Shown: positions 8,941 to 18,998, counted from the stretch's first letter. The stretch is DNA of 64,000 nt from an uncultured Bacteroidales bacterium (GCA_937914945.1 CALGJF010000009.1:139483-203482), one strand, 5' to 3'. Made by a program: numbers and translations. The notes: generated from the sequence alone by a model not told the origin.

Positions 8941-10653
8941 ATGAAAAACATTAAATTATTACTCTCTTTTCTCCTTATATTATTTACTGTTTCATTGCAT
9001 TCGCAAAATGCCGAATATAACGAAGAGGCGCTCATTAAAGACGGCTACCGTACAGGCAGCGATTTGAATATTGAGGGAAATTCTGTGCTGAGTAATGGTG
9101 GCGAAGTTGATAAAAATGGCAGTAATAAATATTGTGGTGATATATTCATCCCCGAAGGGATAACAACGCTTGAGAAAAGCGGCGATGGAGCTGGTGAAGG
9201 TTCTTTCCAATATTCATATATAACAACTGCCACGTTGCCATCATCCGTTACAACCATTGAAACTGCCGCATTTGCCGATTGTATTTATCTGTCAAATATT
9301 TATATAGATGATGATAATGAAAAATACTTTGATCACGATGGAGTGGTGTATGAATGGTTGAAAAAAGATGAATCAGACCCGTTTAACCCCGAAAAAAATG
9401 AATTTCAATTGATAGCAGTTCCGGGAGCTAAAATAAATGTAACAATTCTGGAAGGAACCACATCCATCGGACCCTGTGCTTTGGATGGTTGCAGCAAAAT
9501 AACAGCTGTTGTAATTCCGGCAACCGTTACCGCAATTCATCAGTATGCATTCACCGGAACAAAATTAACTTCGCTCACATGCATGGGAACGACACCGCCT
9601 GTTGTGTATGGAAAATATGACGATTGGGGTTGGTGGGATAGAAATCCAACATCGCATGGTCTTTATAATTTAGGTGTGGAGGTAATAAAAGTGCCTTTTG
9701 GGTGCATAGATGAATATTCAAATGCAAATCGTTGGGATGATTATGCCGGCAAAATTACACAGATGCCCGAAGTAGAGGAGACACCACAAGTAACCTATGT
9801 TCAGCATGTTGAAAAGATTATTCTTCGTGACAGCGAGAACTATACAAGAGCAGATGCGCACACTATTGGTGATGAAATTAGGAGAGAGGAAAATGAAGAT
9901 GGTTTGAACACTACAATAGATATATATTATTCATCGGCTGCCACATATGAACGTACATTTAAGAACGACAAATGGCAGGCACTGTATGCTCCATTCGTTA
10001 TTAAATACAGAGATTATCGCACCGATTTGCTTGAGGTAGCCGAGATTAAACGTGTAACAGAATATGTGGATGCTGATAATAATATAACATTCTTCTATCT
10101 CACTGCCGAAGTATTAGATGAGGGCGACGAGATTCCTGCCCATACTCCATGTGTTGTGCGTTCTATTGTTGCAAACGAAGCCGGTGTAGGCCGCGACATA
10201 GATTTATTCAAGGGCGTAGATAGTCATACGGAGCCACGCGTTCTTCAGCCCGCTCAAACAAGCACAATGGTGCTTACATCGAGCAATGGTAATCAATATA
10301 ATCTGGTTGGGCAATACACAAAACGCACGACGGGCGAAATTAGAACCGATGATTATATAGATGATAAAGATATATATGCAATGTCGGGTGGTGCATTAAA
10401 AAAAGCCGGCAACGATAATGTAACACTTGGTGCATATCGTTGGTACCTCACAATAGAGCCGTCGCAAGCAAATGCTGCTATGGTATTTAAGTTTGGGAAA
10501 TTCCAAAACCCTGGTACAACTACCATTGAGAATGTGATTGTGGATGTGGTATATGAGGATGATAAATACTACGACCTTAGCGGGCGCGTTGTGGAGAATC
10601 CTCAAAGGGGCATTTACATACGCAATGGCAAGAAGATTTACTACAACAAATAA
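8941..10653 (+). CDS. BspA-type leucine-rich-repeat surface protein with T9SS C-terminal sorting domain
   Basis: Signal peptide. Repeats with the pattern ATLPSSVTTIETAAFADC / VVIPATVTAIHQYAF. C-terminus YYDLSGRVVENPQRGIYIRNGKKIYYNK. Confidence 0.75.
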   Translation: MKNIKLLLSFLLILFTVSLHSQNAEYNEEALIKDGYRTGSDLNIEGNSVLSNGGEVDKNGSNKYCGDIFIPEGITTLEKSGDGAGEGSFQYSYITTATLPSSVTTIETAAFADCIYLSNIYIDDDNEKYFDHDGVVYEWLKKDESDPFNPEKNEFQLIAVPGAKINVTILEGTTSIGPCALDGCSKITAVVIPATVTAIHQYAFTGTKLTSLTCMGTTPPVVYGKYDDWGWWDRNPTSHGLYNLGVEVIKVPFGCIDEYSNANRWDDYAGKITQMPEVEETPQVTYVQHVEKIILRDSENYTRADAHTIGDEIRREENEDGLNTTIDIYYSSAATYERTFKNDKWQALYAPFVIKYRDYRTDLLEVAEIKRVTEYVDADNNITFFYLTAEVLDEGDEIPAHTPCVVRSIVANEAGVGRDIDLFKGVDSHTEPRVLQPAQTSTMVLTSSNGNQYNLVGQYTKRTTGEIRTDDYIDDKDIYAMSGGALKKAGNDNVTLGAYRWYLTIEPSQANAAMVFKFGKFQNPGTTTIENVIVDVVYEDDKYYDLSGRVVENPQRGIYIRNGKKIYYNK

Positions 10654-10679
10654 AAACAACAAAGAAAAAACACTGCACA

Positions 10680-10850
10680 ATGAAGAAGAAATATATTATA
10701 CCTATTATTGATATAACAGATTATTCACCCGGCCCTGTAATGGGTGCAGAATTCTCCATTTTGGAGGGTGGTGAAGAGGACGAAGGCTTTGATAGCGAGG
10801 AGTATGTGGGCTCGTGGGGCGATATTTGGGGGAGTCTCAATGATGAATAA
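10680..10850 (+). CDS. small acidic hypothetical protein (56 aa)
   Basis: ATG lies 27 nt after the LRR gene stop and the ORF ends just before a bidirectional terminator. MKKKYIIPIIDITDYSPGPVMGAEFSILEGGEEDEGFDSEEYVGSWGDIWGSLNDE. No homology recognised. Confidence 0.3.
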   Translation: MKKKYIIPIIDITDYSPGPVMGAEFSILEGGEEDEGFDSEEYVGSWGDIWGSLNDE

Positions 10851-10867
10851 ATAACCGTGTATATAAT

Positions 10868-10908
10868 AAAATCAGCGAGGTCGTTTATACAAACACCTCG
10901 CTGATTTT
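10868..10908. terminator. bidirectional terminator
   Basis: AAAATCAGCGAGG / CCTCGCTGATTTT stem with A/T runs built in, lying between convergent genes. Confidence 0.7.
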
Positions 10909-10926
10909 ATTATTGTATCTTGTTCT

Positions 10927-12129
10927 TTATCTGTTAGTGCACCCGGGATATTGTTCAAGGGCCTTGCCCAGAATAAATATAGCGCGTTTCAAATCGGCTT
11001 TATCTATTGCGTAGGCAATACGAACCTCGTTCTTGCCATATCCTTCGTTTGAGTAGAAACCCGATGCGGGTGCCATCATAATGGTTTCACCTTCATAATT
11101 AAAATCGGTAAGGCACCATTGGCAGAACTTGTCGCTGTCATCTATGGGCAGGCGGGCAACAGTGTAGAATGCACCCATTGGAATAGGGGAGTACACACCC
11201 GGCAGTTTGTTAAGTTCATCTATGAGGCAGTTTCGGCGCTCTATATATTTTTCGTAAGTGTTTATGGCATACGAGCGCGGGGCATCGAGCGATGCCTCTG
11301 CTGCAATTTGTCCCAGCAGGGGAGGGCTCAAACGTGCCTGGCAGAATTTCATCACCGCAGCACGCAAGGCTTTATTTTTTGTGATAAGAGCTCCAATACG
11401 CAATCCACACTCTGAATAACGCTTTGAAACAGAGTCTATTAGCACTACATTTTCCTCAATTCCTTCCAAGTGGCAGGCCGATATGTACGGCGAACCTGTG
11501 TAGATAAATTCGCGATAAACCTCGTCGGAGAAAAGGAACAGATTGTGTTTCTTCACAAGGTCGCGTATGCGATTCATTTCGTTACGTGTATATAGATAAC
11601 CCGTAGGGTTGTTGGGGTTACAAATGAGAATACCGCGTGTACGCTCGTTTATAAGCTCCTCGAAACGCTCCATGGGAGGCAATGCAAAAGATTCTTCTAT
11701 GGTTGAGCGTATGGGGCGTATAACGGCACCTGCCGATATTGCAAATGCCATGTAATTGGCGTAGGCCGGCTCGGGAACTATGATTTCGTCGCCAGGATTT
11801 AGGCACGACATGAAAGCAAAGAGCACAGCCTCGGAACCGCCGGCGGTAACAATTATATCATCGGCTTTGAGTTTAATCTGGTATTGGTCGTAGTAACCAA
11901 CGAGTTTTTCACGCAACGAAAGGAAACCATCGCTCGGGCTGTATTCAAGAATCTTGCGGTCAATCTTTTTAATGGCCTCAATGGCCACAGCTGGCGAATC
12001 AAGGTCGGGTTGTCCAATATTTAGATGATATACTTTGATACCGCGTTCCTTTGCTTCATTTGCGTAAGGTGCCAATTTCCTGATTGGCGACGACGGCATG
12101 AGTATAGCTCTTTCTGATAATTCGGGCAT
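10927..12129 (-). CDS. class I/II PLP-dependent aminotransferase (aspartate/aromatic type)
   Basis: 400 aa. NPNNPTG and SVSKRYSECGLRIG (PLP-lysine) motifs. Confidence 0.85.
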   Translation of the reverse strand: MPELSERAILMPSSPIRKLAPYANEAKERGIKVYHLNIGQPDLDSPAVAIEAIKKIDRKILEYSPSDGFLSLREKLVGYYDQYQIKLKADDIIVTAGGSEAVLFAFMSCLNPGDEIIVPEPAYANYMAFAISAGAVIRPIRSTIEESFALPPMERFEELINERTRGILICNPNNPTGYLYTRNEMNRIRDLVKKHNLFLFSDEVYREFIYTGSPYISACHLEGIEENVVLIDSVSKRYSECGLRIGALITKNKALRAAVMKFCQARLSPPLLGQIAAEASLDAPRSYAINTYEKYIERRNCLIDELNKLPGVYSPIPMGAFYTVARLPIDDSDKFCQWCLTDFNYEGETIMMAPASGFYSNEGYGKNEVRIAYAIDKADLKRAIFILGKALEQYPGCTNR

Positions 12130-12157
12130 ATATTTCTCTCTTTTTTAATTTAGGATG

Positions 12158-12165
12158 CAAATGTA
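12158..12165 (-). promoter_or_regulatory. -7 box TACATTTG for aminotransferase gene
   Basis: The rc of CAAATGTA, 28 nt upstream of the ATG at 12129. Confidence 0.4.
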
Positions 12166-12524
12166 TTAAAAATTTCCTTATTAATAATAGAAATTATCTA
12201 AAAAACGCCTCTTACCGCATTATACCACTATTCGTTGATAATAAATATTATGTTTAATACAATTTTGAGATATATTCTCCACTATCGGCATTTTGGTAAA
12301 TTATGTATTTTGGCATTGCGATGAATCAAAAGTTAATGCTATACTTGGAAATTTGCATACTACTTGCTACTTTATATTACTATTATCAATGCCATAGCGA
12401 GGCTTAGTGAATAAAACCATATTCATTTTATTCCTTAGAATTTATTATTGCAAAAATTAATGGGATTTAATTCAGGATTAAGACTCTTTTAATATATCTT
12501 CGCGGTATAAAAATCTAATGATTT

Positions 12525-13454
12525 ATGAAAATTTACTCAGCCCCATTGCAAGGATTCACAGAGGCAATATGGCGAAATCTGCACAGCCGGTTTTTTGGTT
12601 GCGTAGATGCCTATTTTACACCATTTGTAAGATACGAGCATGGAGAGATACGCAGCAAGGATATTCGCGATGTGGAGCGCAAAAATAATGCTGTACCGCG
12701 TCTTGTGCCGCAAATAATCGCAGCCACTCCCGAGGAGATGCACCCTCTTTTGTCCTTATTGCAAAACGAGGAGTATAATGAGGTCGATATAAATATGGGT
12801 TGCTCTTTTCCCTTGCAGGCGCGCAAAAAACATGGTGCCGGCATATTGCCCCACCCCGATATGGTGGCCCGTCTTATGGATGAGATAAAAAAATATCCCT
12901 CGATAAAATTCTCTGTTAAAATGCGTCTTGGGTGGGAGAATAAAAACGAATGGCGGGCGTTACTGCCTGTTTTGAACAATGCACCCCTTGCACATATTAC
13001 CATGCATCCCCGTCTTGGGCGCGAACAGTATAAGCTACCGGCCGATGTGGAGGAATTTGCGGCGTTTGCCACCGAGTGCAGCCATCCTTTAATATATAAT
13101 GGCGATATTCTCACTTTGCACGATATTGAACAGATAGAGGCACGCTTCCCCACCCTCGATGGAATAATGATAGGGCGCGGTCTGCTTGCCAATCCCGCAC
13201 TTGCATTGGAATATTGTCAACGGAAGGAATTGACGAGCAAGGAGTTGTGCGGGCGTGTGCGGGAAATGCACGATGCGATGTACCAGGTAATGTCGCCACG
13301 CCTGCAAGGAAACACTCAACTGCTTGGCAAGATGAAACCCTATTGGGAATATCTTATGCCAGCAATGGAAAAACGATACCGAAAAGCCATACTTAAATCC
13401 AATACAATAGATAAATACATGCAAGCGGTGAGCGCGGCATTTGCCAACTATTGA
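12525..13454 (+). CDS. tRNA-dihydrouridine synthase family protein
   Basis: 309 aa. The Dus-like TIM-barrel pattern includes APLQGFT, INMGC and MHPR. Confidence 0.75.
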   Translation: MKIYSAPLQGFTEAIWRNLHSRFFGCVDAYFTPFVRYEHGEIRSKDIRDVERKNNAVPRLVPQIIAATPEEMHPLLSLLQNEEYNEVDINMGCSFPLQARKKHGAGILPHPDMVARLMDEIKKYPSIKFSVKMRLGWENKNEWRALLPVLNNAPLAHITMHPRLGREQYKLPADVEEFAAFATECSHPLIYNGDILTLHDIEQIEARFPTLDGIMIGRGLLANPALALEYCQRKELTSKELCGRVREMHDAMYQVMSPRLQGNTQLLGKMKPYWEYLMPAMEKRYRKAILKSNTIDKYMQAVSAAFANY

Positions 13455-13482
13455 TTTACATATGAAACTAATTATATATCAA

Positions 13483-14052
13483 ATGAAATATCTGTTATTG
13501 CTATCAATCGTTGCATTGCTGTCATGCGGCAACAAAACCGCTTCACCCGTTGCTACTACTGATGTGGCCGACACTGTTGCACAGCCTGTTGTATATGAAA
13601 ACGAGTACCTTGTGAAACCCGGAGACATTGCCCCCGATTTTTCACTGCCTCTAACCGACGGTAGCACATTCACACTATCGGCCCACCGTGGCAAAATAGT
13701 GATGTTGCAATTTACTGCAAGCTGGTGCGGAGTGTGCCGTCGCGAAATGCCGCACATAGAGAAGAATATATGGCAACGCCACAAGAACAATCCCGCTTTT
13801 GTGCTTGTGGGTGTGGACCGCGAGGAGAGCAAAGAGGTTGTCGATGAATACACTGCAAAAGTGGGCACCACCTACCCTATGGCTCTGGACACAGCCGGCA
13901 ATGTATTTGCCTCGTATGCCCTGCGCAAATCGGGTATCACACGTAATGTACTTGTGGGCAAGGATGGGCGCATAGTGATGCTTACTCGCTCGTTCAAGGA
14001 AAAGGAATTCAATGAATTGGTTGCAACGATAGACAGCCTGCTGACCGAATAG
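13483..14052 (+). CDS. TlpA/AhpC-TSA family thiol-disulfide oxidoreductase lipoprotein
   Basis: Lipobox LLSCG and thioredoxin motif FTASWCGVCRREMP. ATG at 13483; the track start at 13441 is TTG inside the dus gene. Confidence 0.8.
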   Translation: MKYLLLLSIVALLSCGNKTASPVATTDVADTVAQPVVYENEYLVKPGDIAPDFSLPLTDGSTFTLSAHRGKIVMLQFTASWCGVCRREMPHIEKNIWQRHKNNPAFVLVGVDREESKEVVDEYTAKVGTTYPMALDTAGNVFASYALRKSGITRNVLVGKDGRIVMLTRSFKEKEFNELVATIDSLLTE

Positions 14053-14144
14053 ATTTTCCACCTCAGGATATTATGAAATGGCAATTATATAGAAATTCAC
14101 ACCGATTACAAATATAGCCATATTTGCTACCACAATATCGGGCA

Positions 14145-14924
14145 TTAAAACAAGGTGTCAAAATCCACCCGCGGAAAGATTTCCAATCTGCCCCCGCGCG
14201 ATGCGTTGATAATTTTTATATCCATCGCATCGCACACCTCTTTTGCCCTTGCATATGCCCGCAAGTTGGTATCCACCTCGGGTGCGGCATAGGTTCTGCC
14301 GGCATTAAACAGCCGCTTGTCGAAATAGCTGTCGGCGGTTATTACATCGTTTGCTGCAGAATAGTTGCAATCCACGCCTATCAGGTATATCTCCTTGAAT
14401 CCCATGTATGCCGCAAATTGTATCATTGAATATGTTACGGTCTGCCCACTGTAAACCACACGCGGGATATCAGTGGAAAATCCTATGGGATTTTTAGGGA
14501 AAAGCATGCTGTAATATGTTACACAAGGCAAATGGTAACGGCTTGCATAGTGGGCTTTAATGAATTTTGCCCCATCGTATGAGTTTATCTCTTCTTTGTT
14601 GTCAAGAATAATTTTGTTGTCTTGTGCAAAATAGTATGTGGGGCGAAAGGGAATTTCGTCAAACAGTTTTATGAGCGAGTTACAGGCAAACGTATATTCG
14701 CCGCGCTCGGCAAGGCGGTGTAAATCCTCGTTGCGCAGGCTGGGGCCGTTACCTATAATAAAACAGCGCTCCCCTGCATGCCTGTTTTTCATGCGAAGCA
14801 ATCGGCTGCGACTACCCCACCGAAACCATCCCCACAGGTAGTTCAGCGCATTCCACGTTATATGCCATAATTTTGCTGTCATAGAGATCATGCTCGTAAA
14901 GTGCGAAATTACAACAAAAATCAT
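14145..14924 (-). CDS. DUF115 / MptE-like (motility-accessory-factor or sialyltransferase-like) protein
   Basis: 259 aa. CFIIGNGPSL...ACN followed by YLIGVDCNY resembles the DUF115 nucleotide-binding fold. The call is pattern-based. Confidence 0.45.
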   Translation of the reverse strand: MIFVVISHFTSMISMTAKLWHITWNALNYLWGWFRWGSRSRLLRMKNRHAGERCFIIGNGPSLRNEDLHRLAERGEYTFACNSLIKLFDEIPFRPTYYFAQDNKIILDNKEEINSYDGAKFIKAHYASRYHLPCVTYYSMLFPKNPIGFSTDIPRVVYSGQTVTYSMIQFAAYMGFKEIYLIGVDCNYSAANDVITADSYFDKRLFNAGRTYAAPEVDTNLRAYARAKEVCDAMDIKIINASRGGRLEIFPRVDFDTLF

Positions 14925-15028
14925 AAACCATAATTACAAGATAGAAGAATTTATCTTTTTACAAGTGAAGTTACCATAATGTATAAACAAAAGGGAGGGA
15001 AAATCTTGTGTATTAGTAAAAAAAACAG

Positions 15029-15036
15029 TACTTTTG
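15029..15036 (+). promoter_or_regulatory. -7 box TACTTTTG for rpsP
   Basis: TAnnTTTG 61 nt upstream of the ATG at 15098. Confidence 0.5.
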
Positions 15037-15097
15037 CACCGCCGATACGAGATATCGGATAACTCAAATCTTTAACTAATTAATTTTTTTTTACAAA

Positions 15098-15661
15098 ATG
15101 GCAACAAAAATCAGATTGCAGAGAAGAGGCCGTAAGCACTACGCGTTCTACTCTATCGTGATTGCAGATTCGAGAGCTCCACGTGATGGAAAGTTCACCG
15201 AGAAAATCGGTACCTACAACCCCAACACAAACCCCGCTACCATCGACATTAACTTCGAGAGAGCTTTGTGGTGGGTAAACAACGGTGCTACTCCCACCGA
15301 CACAGTGCGCAACATCCTCTCTTCACAGGGTGTTTATATGATGAAGCACTTGCAGGGCGGTGTTAAGAAGGGTGCATTTGACGAGGCTACAGCACAAGCA
15401 AAATTCGATGCTTGGAAGGCTGCCAAGACAAATACTCTCAATGGTATAAAGAGCGCCGAGGAGCAGGCTAAACGTGATGCAAAGAAGGCACGTTTGGAGG
15501 CTGAGAAAGAGGTAAATGCAGCTATTGCCAAGAAGGTAGCCGACAAGAAAGCTGCCGAGGCTCTTGCAAAAGCTGAGGCAGAGGCTGCTGCAGCTGCTGA
15601 GAATGCAGAGGCTACAGAGGCACCTGCCGAGGAGGCAACTGAGGCTCCCGCAGAGGCTTAA
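15098..15661 (+). CDS. rpsP: 30S ribosomal protein S16 with Ala/Glu/Lys-rich C-terminal extension
   Basis: [42 protein letters not shown]. The long tail is typical of Bacteroidota S16. Confidence 0.92.
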   Translation: MATKIRLQRRGRKHYAFYSIVIADSRAPRDGKFTEKIGTYNPNTNPATIDINFERALWWVNNGATPTDTVRNILSSQGVYMMKHLQGGVKKGAFDEATAQAKFDAWKAAKTNTLNGIKSAEEQAKRDAKKARLEAEKEVNAAIAKKVADKKAAEALAKAEAEAAAAAENAEATEAPAEEATEAPAEA

Positions 15662-15689
15662 TTCACCTTTTGGCAGTAATGCTCGTTAT

Positions 15690-15725
15690 AAAGCAGATAG
15701 TCTTTCGGGATTATCTGCTTTTTTC
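15690..15725 (+). terminator. rho-independent terminator after rpsP
   Basis: AAAGCAGATA / TATCTGCTTT stem followed by a T-run. Confidence 0.7.
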
Positions 15726-15783
15726 GTTTCAAAAAACTCCCCTACCCTTTGTATTTAATATTAAAAGGAGTAATTTTGTCTCT

Positions 15784-17016
15784 ATGAAAAGAATTACAAA
15801 AATATTTTCCCTCATAGCAATTGCGACTGCATTGTGCAGTTGTGGCGACGATCGTTCGTCGGAGTTCTACGAGATGACCAAGGAGAACCAGTGGATATAT
15901 AATACAATGAAAGAGACCTATCTGTGGGGCGATTCCATTGACGAAATAAGGCAACAGACATTCTTTGCCAACACTGCCAAGTTCTTCTCCCAGCTTATAT
16001 ACAAAACCGATGACACATCGTTCTTCACCGACTCCATTGAATCCACCACATACGGTTTCAAATTCTCGCTAATGCGCGACCCGCTTGGTATAGCACCTGC
16101 AAAAGTCTATGCCCTTGTAGAGTATGTTGAGCCAGCGTCGGTGGCCGCAATGGCCGGCCTTGAACGCGGCATGTGGATCTCAACCATAAACGGCAAAAAT
16201 ATAAATATGGGAACAAGTGCCGCACTCACTGATGGTGCTGCCATAACACTCGGCATAAACCAAATACTCTTCGATGACGATACCGAAGAATACATGTGGG
16301 AAGAATTGCCGCAGATTGATATGCAGGCGGCAAGCAAGGTAAAGGCTACATCATTACCCATTGTGGAAATAATAAACGGAACGAGTAATAGAATAGGATA
16401 TATCCTGTGCAATAGCTTTGACAACGAATCGGCCATTGCGGGGATAGACGATGCGCTATCCACATTCTCTTCGCAAGGTGTAACAGATATTGTTCTCGAC
16501 CTTAGGTATAACAGAAGTCATTCACTCGCCAATGCGGCCACGATAGCAACAGCCTTCATTCCTGCCGACAAGCAAGGCGGCCTCTTCTGTTCGCTTTATA
16601 AAGACCTTAAATTAACCATAAAAGAGGATATGATGTTGCCGCAAGCAACCACAAACATCGGCGACAAACCACTCTATATCATTACAACCGCACAAACCTA
16701 TGGCACCGCCAATGCTTTAGTAAAAGCGATACGCCTTGCACGCGGTTCCTCTGCATGCAAAATTATTGGAGAAACAGCAAAGGGCGGCAATCTGGCAACA
16801 GAATGCATAGAATCGCCCTATCGTTTCAAGATTAATCCCGCAGTGGCAATAGTTGTCGATGCCAATGGAGAAACAATAACCCCCACTGCTCCCGATTATA
16901 GGTTAAAGGAGATTGGTGATTACAAGCACATCTATCCGCTTGGCGACAAGCAAGAGTACATCTTATATAATATTGCTTATATCATAGAACACGGAACACT
17001 ACCGGCAAATATGTAA
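15784..17016 (+). CDS. S41 (C-terminal processing peptidase)-like lipoprotein with PDZ domain, probably non-catalytic
   Basis: Lipobox ALCSCG. PDZ-like VEPASVAAMAGLERGMWISTINGKNI. S41-like core with GTANA where GTASA is expected. The start at 15784 lies after the rpsP terminator. Confidence 0.6.
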   Translation: MKRITKIFSLIAIATALCSCGDDRSSEFYEMTKENQWIYNTMKETYLWGDSIDEIRQQTFFANTAKFFSQLIYKTDDTSFFTDSIESTTYGFKFSLMRDPLGIAPAKVYALVEYVEPASVAAMAGLERGMWISTINGKNINMGTSAALTDGAAITLGINQILFDDDTEEYMWEELPQIDMQAASKVKATSLPIVEIINGTSNRIGYILCNSFDNESAIAGIDDALSTFSSQGVTDIVLDLRYNRSHSLANAATIATAFIPADKQGGLFCSLYKDLKLTIKEDMMLPQATTNIGDKPLYIITTAQTYGTANALVKAIRLARGSSACKIIGETAKGGNLATECIESPYRFKINPAVAIVVDANGETITPTAPDYRLKEIGDYKHIYPLGDKQEYILYNIAYIIEHGTLPANM

Positions 17017-17038
17017 GCACTGCACAATAACAGATATA

Positions 17039-17073
17039 GAAAAGGCCCGATGGAACACCCATCGGGCCTTTTC
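17039..17073 (+). terminator. terminator after S41-like gene
   Basis: AAAGGCCCGATGG / CCATCGGGCCTTT stem followed by a T-rich tail. Confidence 0.7.
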
Positions 17074-17173
17074 TATGTTTATAACATTATTTTCAATACT
17101 TAAACAAAAAAACAACCAACCACCCGCCCTGCCAAAGTGTTATTTTGCCAAATAACCATAAAAACCAACAACA

Positions 17174-17662
17174 ATGAAAAAGACTATTTTATTAATTGCA
17201 ACAGCAGCCTGCCTGCTCTTTGCCTCATGTAATTCCTGTGGTAACAAGTGTAATGCTCCACAAGGAATAATGATAGAGAGTGATAGTATTTATATGGTAA
17301 ACGATTCCACCATTGCCGATGCGCAAACCTTTATATACGAAGGAACGCTCCCGATGACCAACGGCAATATAGGCGACGTGTTGCTTACCATGCAAACAGT
17401 GAGCCTTAACGATGATGGGACTTATACCATTACCACAGATTATGTGAACGAGGCGCTTGCAACGGAAACCGACAACGGTGAGGTTCTGGTGATGATTGGC
17501 ATGCCCACGGACAGCACTGCCGTTATATATGAATTGGTGTCGGCCAATGGCAATCCCAAAATGAATTTGATGATGACACCCGACAGCTCCTTGGTAAAGC
17601 TCGATTCCAAAATGAAACCGGCAAGTGTGAACCCCACACATAAACTCACACAGAAAAAGTGA
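17174..17662 (+). CDS. NlpE N-terminal-domain-like lipoprotein
   Basis: Lipobox LFASCN. YEGTLPMTNGNIGDVLLTMQTVSLNDDGTYTI resembles the NlpE_N pattern Y.G.LP.......L.L..DGTY. Confidence 0.5.
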   Translation: MKKTILLIATAACLLFASCNSCGNKCNAPQGIMIESDSIYMVNDSTIADAQTFIYEGTLPMTNGNIGDVLLTMQTVSLNDDGTYTITTDYVNEALATETDNGEVLVMIGMPTDSTAVIYELVSANGNPKMNLMMTPDSSLVKLDSKMKPASVNPTHKLTQKK

Positions 17663-17683
17663 TAATTCTAAAACCATCAAGTT

Positions 17684-18304
17684 ATGAAAAAATATGTAAT
17701 ATTTTCGCTATTTGTCATGGTGGCACTGCTCACATCATGCGAGAAGGACCCCGATACCGGCAGGCTTGACAATGATTATCTTGTACTTACCAACTATGAT
17801 AGTAATACCGATTTCAGCGAGATAAACACCTTTTTTGTCATAGACAGCATTCTTATCATTGATAACCAGACAAGTAAACCAACTTACTGGAAGAACGAAA
17901 ATTCCCAAAAGATAGTGAACGCCTATAATGACAATTTTATTTCGCGCGGTTACACCCAGGCAGCCAAAGGCGATGAAGCCGATGTCGTATTTCAGTTGAG
18001 TTATATAAATACCACCTACTACTTCAACAACAGTGTCGGGCCTTGGTGGAACAATTATCCGGGCTATTGGAATTGGGGAGGTTGGGGGTGGTACTACCCG
18101 TTTAATTTCTATTATGCATACAGCACCGGTTCCATAATAGGCGAGCTTGTAAATACCAAAGCACCATATGACAACAACAAGCTGACTATTATATGGAATG
18201 CCTATATCAGCGGCCTTCTCAACGGTAATAACCTGAGCCTTCATCGCACGATGAATGCCATAAATCAGGCCTTTGAACAATCGCCTTACTTAAAAAAACA
18301 GTAA
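17684..18304 (+). CDS. lipoprotein (DUF4136-like) with Trp/Gly/Tyr-rich segment
   Basis: Lipobox LLTSCE and the segment GPWWNNYPGYWNWGGWGWYYPFNFYY. The family assignment is tentative. Confidence 0.45.
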   Translation: MKKYVIFSLFVMVALLTSCEKDPDTGRLDNDYLVLTNYDSNTDFSEINTFFVIDSILIIDNQTSKPTYWKNENSQKIVNAYNDNFISRGYTQAAKGDEADVVFQLSYINTTYYFNNSVGPWWNNYPGYWNWGGWGWYYPFNFYYAYSTGSIIGELVNTKAPYDNNKLTIIWNAYISGLLNGNNLSLHRTMNAINQAFEQSPYLKKQ

Positions 18305-18322
18305 ATCATAAATTTAACAAGT

Positions 18323-18940
18323 ATGAAACGGATTTGTAAACTATTTATCACTGCCGCTTTTCTTGCCCTGTTTCTCCCCTCCACAAGCAAGGCACAGGTT
18401 TCGCTCGACACATACTATAATGTCGATTGGCAGTTTAACATACCCCTGAGCAACCACTTTTCAAATGTGGCAAGTGGCTGGGGAATGAACTTTGAAGGCG
18501 GGTATTACGTAAACCCCGATGTAGCTGTGGGTGGTTTCATCAGTTTTCACACCAATAACGAGTACCTATCGCGCCGAACAATCAACCTTGGCGGAAATCA
18601 ATCCATAAATACCGACCAGCAGCACCAGATGTTTACCCTTCCATTCGGTTTGCTTGCCCGTTATCGTTTCGTGGAAGAGGATTTTCAGCCCTATGTGGGA
18701 ATGAAGTTAGGTGCCTGCTATGCCGAGTTCAATAACTACTACTATATCTTTATGAATATGGAAAAAACCTGGGGATTTTATATGCAACCCGAGGTGGGCT
18801 TTAACTACTACCCATGGGCAAACGGCATTGGTTTCCACATGGCTATGTATTATAGTTTCTCCACTAATAAATGCAACATAATGAGTTATACGCAAAACAA
18901 CCTGAATAATTTCGGTTTACGTTTCGGTATAGCATTTTGA
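18323..18940 (+). CDS. outer-membrane beta-barrel protein
   Basis: Signal peptide, alternating aromatic/hydrophobic strands, and the C-terminal FGLRFGIAF typical of OMP barrels. Confidence 0.6.
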   Translation: MKRICKLFITAAFLALFLPSTSKAQVSLDTYYNVDWQFNIPLSNHFSNVASGWGMNFEGGYYVNPDVAVGGFISFHTNNEYLSRRTINLGGNQSINTDQQHQMFTLPFGLLARYRFVEEDFQPYVGMKLGACYAEFNNYYYIFMNMEKTWGFYMQPEVGFNYYPWANGIGFHMAMYYSFSTNKCNIMSYTQNNLNNFGLRFGIAF

Positions 18941-18981
18941 AACAACAGCGGCTGCTAAAATTAATAGCAGCCGCTGTTGTT
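18941..18981. terminator. bidirectional terminator between OMP gene and M16 peptidase gene
   Basis: 16-bp stem AACAACAGCGGCTGCT / AGCAGCCGCTGTTGTT. Confidence 0.7.
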
Positions 18982-18998
18982 ATAGGATGATATAGGGA

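Noticed and set aside
15670-15783. N-terminal extension of the S41-like ORF from the track start
   Set aside because: The extension reads through the rpsP terminator hairpin (15690-15725). The lipoprotein signal peptide starts at the ATG at 15784.
17735-18280. 181-aa minus-strand ORF
   Set aside because: It is antisense to the lipoprotein gene 17684-18304, which has a proper lipobox and start context.
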